From assembly GCA_047601445.1 (NCBI GenBank), contig JASGJH010000001.1, forward strand, positions 4,896,001 to 4,960,000: DNA of 64,000 bases, written 5' to 3'. How positions within the stretch are numbered: position 1 is the stretch's first letter; each line of letters starts with the position of its first letter. Below are positions 9,353 to 16,453 of this stretch, piece after piece. The notes below the pieces were generated by a model, which was given only the letters and a program-made list of their open reading frames with translations, ran no database searches and was not told the DNA's origin. The position numbers were made by a program, and so were the translations under genes. This DNA comes from Myxococcales bacterium. Lineage in GTDB: Bacteria; Myxococcota_A; Polyangia; Polyangiales; DASUME01.

Positions 9353-9748
9353 GTGCAGAGCGACCCACCCACGCCCGAACCGACCCAGCAGGAGCTGGCC
9401 GTGGAGCGCACCGTGATGGCCCACGAGCGCACGCTCATGGCCTGGCTCCGCACCGCGCTGGCCATGATCAGCTTCGGCTTCACCTTGCGACAGTTCTTCG
9501 ACCTGCTCGAAAAGGAAAGTCGGCATCCGCTCAGCCTGTTCGGTCCGCGCAGCTACTACGGCCTGGTCATGATGGGCACCGGCATCTTGATGCTCGCCCT
9601 GGCCTCGCTGCAGCACGCCAAGACCATGCGGCGCTTCCGCCAGCGCGGCCACAAGACTCGCTCGCTGACGCTGGTGTTCGCCATCGTATGCCTGCTAGTC
9701 GGCGCCTTCGCGCTGTTCGCGACGGTCTACGAGATGCGGGCCGGCTGA
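9353..9748 (+). CDS. YidH/DUF202 family small membrane protein
   Basis: MAHERTLMAWLRTALAMISFG motif and three hydrophobic segments. Confidence 0.85.
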   Translation: MQSDPPTPEPTQQELAVERTVMAHERTLMAWLRTALAMISFGFTLRQFFDLLEKESRHPLSLFGPRSYYGLVMMGTGILMLALASLQHAKTMRRFRQRGHKTRSLTLVFAIVCLLVGAFALFATVYEMRAG

Positions 9749-9773
9749 CCCGAGGGCACCAGCCCAAGCTGAG

Positions 9774-9857
9774 CTCCCCGCAAACGTGCCCGTGCCCGTG
9801 CCCTTTCTCCCGCTGGAACAGAGAGAAGCGATCGGGCACGGGCACGTTTACGGGGAG
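9774..9857. repeat. Intergenic palindromic (REP-like) element, copy 2
   Basis: CTCCCCGCAAACGTGCCCGTGCCCG (9774-9798) pairs with CGGGCACGGGCACGTTTACGGGGAG (9833-9857), one mismatch. Lies between convergent genes. Confidence 0.8.
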
Positions 9858-9882
9858 TTTTTCCCCGGGCTTCAGGGGCTGA

Positions 9883-10521
9883 TCACGACCCAGAGCCAGT
9901 CTGGTTCGCCGGATAGCTCTCGAAGATCTGCGCCACGCCGTTGTCGATGTTCTGGTCGATGTCGCTCTGGCTGTTGCCCTCGAGCACGCTCTTCATCACG
10001 CCGCCGAACACTGCCTCTTGCATCGCAGGATCGACCAACAAGACCGCCACGGAGCCCGTGGTGAACTCGGTGTAGACCGGCTCGAGCCACGCGCACGGGT
10101 TGTACGTGTAAGTCCAGTAGCCCCACCAGTAGCCGTCGACGCAGGACCAGGTGTAGCCCGCGTGATCTTGAGTGGAGGCCAGGCTCACGGCGACGAGATC
10201 GGGATTGGCGGTCGGGTCCACCTCGGTGAGGCCCTGATCCAAGAGCTGCTGCCGCACGGCGTCGTTCACCTGCTGCAGGTCCGTCTTGACGTCGCTGGGG
10301 ATGGCCGCCACCACGGCCGGGTTGGCCTGCGAGGGGTCTGGAAAGGCGAACGTCTTGTAGCTGGTGAAGTCTGCCGTGGCGTTGGAGCGCGTGGTGACGA
10401 CGTCATTGTCATTGTCGTCGTTGCTGCAACCAACCAGGAGCGCGGCGGCCAGGACGCCACACACGATGCTCGCGCGTGACAGGAATGGACGTTTGGAACG
10501 AGAACGCACAACTTGAGTCAT
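9883..10521 (-). CDS. DUF4136-like lipoprotein
   Basis: Lipobox LLVGC, ADFTSYKTFAF, a W/Y-rich loop, TGSVAVLLVD and C-terminal IFESYP. Confidence 0.75.
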   Translation of the reverse strand: MTQVVRSRSKRPFLSRASIVCGVLAAALLVGCSNDDNDNDVVTTRSNATADFTSYKTFAFPDPSQANPAVVAAIPSDVKTDLQQVNDAVRQQLLDQGLTEVDPTANPDLVAVSLASTQDHAGYTWSCVDGYWWGYWTYTYNPCAWLEPVYTEFTTGSVAVLLVDPAMQEAVFGGVMKSVLEGNSQSDIDQNIDNGVAQIFESYPANQTGSGS

Positions 10522-10600
10522 GAGACCTCCGCTAGCTCAAGCTGCGTCGGTCGTAACACTCACGCAAGGCCTGTTTTTACAGCACCAAATGGGGTGTGAC

Positions 10601-11668
10601 CTAGATGCGCTTCGCGTTCGCTTTGCGATATGCAGCGGGCGTCAGATCGGTCCAACGCTTGAACGCCCGCGTAAAGTTCGACACGTCGGAGTAGCCGACC
10701 TTCTCCGCCACTTCGTCGATGGTGAGCTGCTCGAGGCGAAGCAACGCGCAGGCTTGTTCGCTCTGTACGGCGTCGAGGACCTCGCTGAAAGCCGTGCCTT
10801 CGGCCTTCAGCTTGCGCTTGAGAGTGCGCGAGGAGACGCCGAGCTTGACGGCCACCTCGTCGAGGTTGCGGAAGCCACCTTCCGGCTTGGGCATCACGCT
10901 CTTCACGCGTTGCGCCAGGTCGTCGCCGTCGACCTGCTCGAGGGCCTTCTCGCACTGCTCCTGCGCGAGGCGCAGCGCGGCCGGATGGGCGTTCACCAGC
11001 GGCAGCTCGAGGACACCGAGATCGAAGCGGACGGCGTTGCGCTGCTGGCCAAAGCGTACCGGCAAGGCCTGCGCGGTGAAGCGCTCCGCGTAGGACGGCT
11101 CGGGGAAGGTGAAGTCCGCCTCCCCCCGTAGCTTCTGCCCGGTAAGCGCCTCACCGATGCGCCACAGGCCCACCACCAAAGCCACCAGCAGCGTGTCCCG
11201 GATGCTTCCGAGATCCACCACCTCGTCGATGTAGAGCACGGCCCGCGATCCCTCGATGGCGAGCTCGACCTTGAGCGCGGTGGTGCGCGTGGGCGCGTAG
11301 CGCACGGCGAGCTCGAGGGCGTGACGCGCGGTGGGCGCGGTCATGGCGGCGAAGCCGAGGTAGCCGTGCGCCGGCACGCGCATGTGCATACCGAGATAAA
11401 AGCCGAGTGCGTCCTCTCCCGTGAGCTCCTTGGCGCGCTCGAGGATACGCGCAACCTCCGGCAGAGGGAGTCGAGCGTCCTGCTGCTCGAGCTGCGCGAA
11501 CGTGAGCTCCGTGCCCTCGAGCAGCGCCGAGCGTGAAGCCCCCAAGCTCTCCACGAGCTCGGCGAGATCGAGGGCGTGCGCCGCGGGCACCGTGTGCTGC
11601 GGGCCTGTGCGCAGGCCTTGCTGCGATTCGTGCTCTTCGATACCTGGCATGGTGATCGTCGCGGGCAT
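10601..11668 (-). CDS. AraC family transcriptional regulator
   Basis: N-terminal ligand domain (HGYLGFAAMTAPT) and C-terminal double HTH (LDEVAVKLGVSSRTLKRKL...EVAEKVGYSDVSNFTRAFKRWT). Divergent from 11796. Confidence 0.93.
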   Translation of the reverse strand: MPATITMPGIEEHESQQGLRTGPQHTVPAAHALDLAELVESLGASRSALLEGTELTFAQLEQQDARLPLPEVARILERAKELTGEDALGFYLGMHMRVPAHGYLGFAAMTAPTARHALELAVRYAPTRTTALKVELAIEGSRAVLYIDEVVDLGSIRDTLLVALVVGLWRIGEALTGQKLRGEADFTFPEPSYAERFTAQALPVRFGQQRNAVRFDLGVLELPLVNAHPAALRLAQEQCEKALEQVDGDDLAQRVKSVMPKPEGGFRNLDEVAVKLGVSSRTLKRKLKAEGTAFSEVLDAVQSEQACALLRLEQLTIDEVAEKVGYSDVSNFTRAFKRWTDLTPAAYRKANAKRI

Positions 11669-11724
11669 CCTCGCTCGCCGCGCGCGAGGTGTTCGACAAA
11701 CAGCCAGGCGCACGGGCTCGGGCG

Positions 11725-11760
11725 TGGCCCGAAGTCACCAGACAATGGCACGGCACGACC
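11725..11760 (+). promoter_or_regulatory. Tandem direct-repeat activator site (AraC-type), copy B
   Basis: TGGCCCGAAGTCACC (11725) and TGGCACGGCACGACC (11746), period 21 bp, between araC and its divergent gene. Confidence 0.7.
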
Positions 11761-11795
11761 TAACGCGGCAAGGCCAGCGCGCGTTTACTGAAGAC

Positions 11796-12657
11796 ATGAG
11801 TCGCCGTACCAACGAACCCAGCATCGTCGTGCGTAATCTGCATTTCCCGCTCGACGCGGACGTACCGCAGTATTGGCTCGAAAACACCCGCTCTGTGACG
11901 ATGTTTCTCGACCACCTATCGCTGGTCTTCCCGCCCGGAGAACGTTTCTTCATCAACAGCGTGCGTGCGTTCGAGGCCGATCTGCAGGCGAATCCCGTGC
12001 TGCGCGACGAAGCGCGGCGCTTCTACCAACAAGAGGCGTTACATGGCCGAGAGCACACACGCTACAACGAGCTCCTGACCGCGCGTGGCTATCCGGTCGG
12101 GGCCATCGACAAGAGCGCGCAGGACCTACTCGGATTGGCTAGCAAGGCGTTGCCTCCGCGCATGCAGCTGGCGGTGACGTGTGCGCTCGAACACTTCACG
12201 GCGCTGCTCGCTCAGATCCTGCTCGGGGATGACTCCATCCTCGAAGGCGCCGACCCCGCGATGGCGGCGCTCTGGCGCTGGCACGCAGCCGAGGAGAACG
12301 AGCACGCGACCGTGGCCTACGACGTGTTCCACGAGGTCGGTGGGACCTACGTGGAGCGTACGTTGGTGATGGTGGGCGCCACGATCTCTGTTCTGGGCCA
12401 AGATGCTGGAACACCAGGCGCGCATGATGCACTCGCAAGGACTGCTTGGGTCCGCGCAGGAGTGGGCTGGATTGGGGCGCTTCTTCTTCGGTAAACCAGG
12501 CATCTTCTTCAAGCTGATCAAGCCCTACCTCGCCTACTTCAAGCCCGACTTCCATCCGCGCGACATCGACTGCTCGGCGTTGCTCGCGGCGTGGCGCGAA
12601 GACTTCGCCCGCTTGCCGGTGTACACGAAGCACACGCGTCCAGCGCGCGCGGCCTGA
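11796..12657 (+). pseudogene. 'Metal-dependent hydrolase' (diiron) paralogue 2, split by a +1 frameshift at ~12387 (true pseudogene or sequencing error)
   Basis: MSRRTNEPSIVVRNLHF...FPPGERFF...QEALHGREH...TCALEHFTA...WHAAEENEH. Removing one T in ACGATCTCTGTTC joins it to ORF 12403..12657 and restores ATILFWAKMLEHQ...YFKPDFHP, collinear with paralogue 1. Confidence 0.85.
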
Positions 12658-12969
12658 CGGCAAGCGACCGTCCTCTGCGCACAGCGAACCGGTCCAACCT
12701 CGCAGACGAGCGATGAAACAGGCCGCCTGCGCAGCAGGTCGGGCTGGCGAGCGCTTTCTGAGTCCGTGGTGCGCAGCGGCCCATTGGGCTGTCCTCGCCG
12801 CTGACCATATTGAACGTCGTTTTCAATTAATCGCTATCTCCATGTATCACGATGGCTCTATGCCCGCGTGACCCTGGAGACGACGGCGAATTTCAGTGGT
12901 GATAGACCTCACCACCGCGCTTAATGAATACGACTTGCAACTTCGTTAATGACCGGATACAGCTGAGGC

Positions 12970-13164
12970 ATGTCGGAGCGCCATCCATCTAGCCCCCATG
13001 GTCACGCCTCGCGTCGCCGCAGCAGCTCGGCGAACGGAACGTGCGAGAGCCGATGCCTCTGCGGAAGTCTGCTCGCACGTCTGATCGGGGATCAGGTCGA
13101 GCTCAAGTGCCGACGTTGCAAGCGCACGACCCTGCTTCCGCTCTCCAACGCGCGCGACGACTGA
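12970..13164 (+). CDS. Small Com-like zinc-ribbon protein
   Basis: 64 aa with RCLCGSLLAR...VELKCRRCKR, two Cys pairs in the spacing of Mu Com-like proteins. GAGG immediately upstream. Confidence 0.65.
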   Translation: MSERHPSSPHGHASRRRSSSANGTCESRCLCGSLLARLIGDQVELKCRRCKRTTLLPLSNARDD

Positions 13165-13414
13165 CGAGTGCACGCAAACTGCGACCGCCATGAATGGGGC
13201 GTGGTGAGTCGCGAGAGTTTCGATGGCACTCCGCCTGGCGACGCGTCGCGACGCGCTCGATATTCCATCGGTGATCGCCGCGTGCGAGTCACCCCGTAAC
13301 GTCATCGCTTTGGCCAGAACTCTCGATCGGTACGTCCACTAACAAAGGAGCGCTCCCCCGAGCGCCCACCGCAACGCGCAGCTCGTCGTCTGCTCACGCC
13401 GTCCTCCACGAGAG

Positions 13415-14635
13415 GTGTCCGTGGATCAACTGTCGACCGACCTGGCTTCGTTAAAGATCGATCGCGATCCACCGGTCGCATCGGGCGGCCACCTGCGCGG
13501 CTGGTCGCTTGGACTTGCGGGTATCGCCGCGCTGCTCGCGGCCGCGGCCTGGGCCTATCCACGCGTGGAGGCAGAGCTCTTCAAGACGCCTGTCCATCTG
13601 GGAACCGTGCTCGACATCTCACCGACGCTTTCAGCCACCTCGCTCACCGCGACAGGCTACGTGGTGGCACAACGTCGATCGAAAGTCGGCTCCATGATTC
13701 CGGGGCGTGTCGTCAAAGTGCACGTGCGGGAGGGAGCGCGCGTGGAGCGTGGCGACATGCTCGCGGAGCTCGATGCGACTGACCTGCGCAGCAGCGTCCA
13801 CGCGGCCCACGCGCGCGTACTCTCGGCGCAGGCACGCATTCTGCAAAACGGGGCGGTGCTGCGCGAGTCCGAGGTCCAGCTCCAACGCCAGCGTGTGCTG
13901 CTCGCCCAACGCGCCGTGGCCCGCTCGGTGGTGGAAGACCTCGAAGCGCGGGTGAACACGTTACGCGCCGAGGTCCAGTCAGCCGAAGCAGACGAGCTGA
14001 CGACCCAGGCTGAAGAGCGACTGGCACGGGCCAATCTGGCGCGCATGAACGTGTTGGCTCCAATCACCGGGACCGTGCTGAACAAGCCGCTCGACGTGGG
14101 CGAGACCGTCGATTTGCTGACACCCATCCTGGAACTCGCCGATTTGCACTCGCTGTTGGTGGAAGTCGACGTTCCCGAGTCACGCTTCTCAACGATCGAG
14201 CTGGGCGGGCCCTGCGAAGTTACTTTCGATGCGCTCCCGGGTCGACGCTTGAAGGGACGCACCCGCGAGCTCGGGAAGCGCGTGAATCGCTCCAAGGCCA
14301 CGATTCCGGTCAAGGTCGCGTTCGACACCGAAGACGCCGTCATCCTGCCGGACATGTCTGCTCGCGTCAGCTTCTTGAGCCGTGATGTGGATGCGCGCGA
14401 CCTCGCGGGTCCAACCACGCGCGTGGTGCCGCAGCGCGCTGTCACTCAGCGTGACGGCCAGCGCGTGTTGTTCGTGTCCGAAGGCGGCAAGGTGAAGATG
14501 GTGCCGATCACCCTGGGACGTTCGAGCACAGACGGCTTCGAGTTGTTAGAAGGTCCAGAGGTGGGCACCCGTGTCGTGCTCGAGCCACCAGAGATCTTGA
14601 GGGATGGTCACACCATCAAAGAGAGCTCGGATTGA
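13415..14635 (+). CDS. Efflux periplasmic adaptor (MacA/HlyD-like)
   Basis: N-terminal TM, lipoyl half-motifs (GRVVKVHVREGARVERGDMLAEL; APITGTV...GETV), a coiled-coil hairpin and PDMSARVSF. Confidence 0.9.
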   Translation: MSVDQLSTDLASLKIDRDPPVASGGHLRGWSLGLAGIAALLAAAAWAYPRVEAELFKTPVHLGTVLDISPTLSATSLTATGYVVAQRRSKVGSMIPGRVVKVHVREGARVERGDMLAELDATDLRSSVHAAHARVLSAQARILQNGAVLRESEVQLQRQRVLLAQRAVARSVVEDLEARVNTLRAEVQSAEADELTTQAEERLARANLARMNVLAPITGTVLNKPLDVGETVDLLTPILELADLHSLLVEVDVPESRFSTIELGGPCEVTFDALPGRRLKGRTRELGKRVNRSKATIPVKVAFDTEDAVILPDMSARVSFLSRDVDARDLAGPTTRVVPQRAVTQRDGQRVLFVSEGGKVKMVPITLGRSSTDGFELLEGPEVGTRVVLEPPEILRDGHTIKESSD

Positions 14636-14775
14636 CGTTCGCTCAGCGCGCTCGGCGAGAGACCGGCGCATGAACGCACGAAACGCGCGTGAACCAAACG
14701 CACGCTTCGAACGAGTCGTCTGTAACGAAACGCAGTTGGGAGCCGTGAGTCGGCTCGCATCGGAGGGATCTAACC

Positions 14776-15942
14776 ATGACCCTGCTCGAGTTTGCCGCGC
14801 GCAACGCGCTGCGAAACCGATTCCGCACCTTGCTCACGGTGACCGGCGTCGCGATCACCATCTTGACCTTCGTGCTGCTGCGCACCGTGATCCACGCGTG
14901 GAACGCCGGGGCCGAGTACGCGGCCAAGGATCGCATCGCCACCCGCAACAAGGTGTCCTACGTGGTGGCTCTGCCCCGCCACTATGTCGACGCCATTCGC
15001 GAAGTGGAGGGCGTGGAGGCAGCCACCTGGATGAACTGGTTCGGCGGCAAGGACGCCAAGAACCCGGACGCGTTCTTCGCCAACTTCGTGGTTGATCACG
15101 GGACCTTTCTCGACGTTTACGACGAGATCGTGGTGCCGGCAGAACAACGCGCCAGCTGGTACGCAGACCGCCAGGGTGTGCTCGTGGGCGCCTCGTTGGC
15201 CAAGCAACTGAACTTGAAACCAGGCGACCGCTTCACCCTGCAAGGCACCATCTATCCCGGCGATTGGACCCTGAATGTTTCGGGCATCTACCGCTCCTCC
15301 CGCAAATCGTTCGACCAGTCGTCGATGATCTTCCGCTGGGACTACATGAACGAGGCGATGACCGACCGCCGCAAGGATCAGATCGGCTGGGTGGTGAGCA
15401 AGGTGGCCGAGGCCGGGGCAGGAGCCGAGGTGAGCGCGACCATCGACCGCATGTTCGACGAGCGGGACACGCAGACCTTGAGCATGAGCGAGCGCGCCTT
15501 GAACCTGTCGTTCCTGGGCATGTTCGACGCGATCTTGAAGGCCATCGACGCGGTCTCGGCCATCATCCTGCTGATCCTGATCATGATCCTGGCGAACACC
15601 ATGGCGATGGGGGTACGCGAGCGAACCAACGAATACGGTGCGTTGCGCGCGCTCGGCTTTCTGCCCAAGCACATCCGCTTCTTCATCCTCGGCGAGGCCG
15701 TGACCATCGGGCTCAGCGCCGGCGCGCTGGGGCTGTGCCTGGCGTATCCCCTGATCAATCTGGGCATTTCACGGTTCATCGAAGAGAACATGGGCGGCAT
15801 GTTTCCCTTCTTCAGGCTCGATCCGAGCGTGGCCATCGCCTCGTTCGTGATCGCCATGCTGCTCGGCCTCGTCGCGGGTCTCGTTCCAGCGTTGCAGGCG
15901 GGCAAGCTCTCCGTGGTGGAAGCCCTGCGGCGCGTCGAGTAG
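14776..15942 (+). CDS. ABC transporter permease, MacB/FtsX-like
   Basis: RNALRNRFRTLLT, periplasmic domain, NTMAMGVRERTNEYGALRALGF and C-terminal PALQAGKLSVVEALR. Confidence 0.92.
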   Translation: MTLLEFAARNALRNRFRTLLTVTGVAITILTFVLLRTVIHAWNAGAEYAAKDRIATRNKVSYVVALPRHYVDAIREVEGVEAATWMNWFGGKDAKNPDAFFANFVVDHGTFLDVYDEIVVPAEQRASWYADRQGVLVGASLAKQLNLKPGDRFTLQGTIYPGDWTLNVSGIYRSSRKSFDQSSMIFRWDYMNEAMTDRRKDQIGWVVSKVAEAGAGAEVSATIDRMFDERDTQTLSMSERALNLSFLGMFDAILKAIDAVSAIILLILIMILANTMAMGVRERTNEYGALRALGFLPKHIRFFILGEAVTIGLSAGALGLCLAYPLINLGISRFIEENMGGMFPFFRLDPSVAIASFVIAMLLGLVAGLVPALQAGKLSVVEALRRVE

Positions 15943-16119
15943 TCCATGACGCAACTCGCCCGAAACATCGTGACGTCGAGCGCACGACACGGTTTCGTTC
16001 GCGTCCTGCAGGCCAACGAAGTGGACGTCGTGCACGCTCGCGCGCACGCACGCAGCTCGCGCACGTTGATAAAGCGACCTTCACCTCTCCACAACATGGG
16101 TAAGTTGGTGTGATCGACA

Positions 16120-16147
16120 TTGACTTGAGAGACTGAATTCTTAGAGT
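16120..16147 (+). promoter_or_regulatory. Possible sigma70-type promoter for the PKS operon
   Basis: TTGACT-N16-TAGAGT in an AT-richer patch of the ~510-bp intergenic region. Pattern match only. Confidence 0.3.
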
Positions 16148-16453
16148 GTGATAAGTCACGACTCGCAGTAGCCCGTGTGAGGAGCTTCGATGCTCCCGCA
16201 CGTCTCGCATCGTCTCACGCAGTAGGAAAGCCCGCTTTGCTCGCCCCCGAAGCAACGGGCTCGAGTGCACTGTTTTTTGCACGTTTTGACGGCATTTCTC
16301 GCGATTTGACCGTCCACTCGCGAACACGATTCAAGACGTAAGTCGACAGTAAGACAGACGCCACGCTCCGAATGGTTAGACCGACCGAACGGCACGTGTG
16401 GCGACGGATGGATTCGTCCATCTCGCGCGGATCCTCATCCGAAGGAGCTCTTA

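Noticed and set aside
11746..11762. Sigma54 promoter (TGGCAC)
   Set aside because: No TTGC at the -12 position; better explained as half of the tandem direct repeat.
11421..11795. N-terminal extension of ORF 11421..12494
   Set aside because: Overlaps araC on the opposite strand and the regulatory motif; homology to paralogue 1 begins at ATG 11796.
16094..16103. ACATGGGTAA as the partner end of the IS481-like remnant
   Set aside because: Only a 10-bp match, in the same orientation, with no flanking similarity.
15946..16113. Short ORF MTQLARNIV... as remnant of a second permease
   Set aside because: Only ~55 codons, no hydrophobic segment and atypical codon usage; not supportable without a search.
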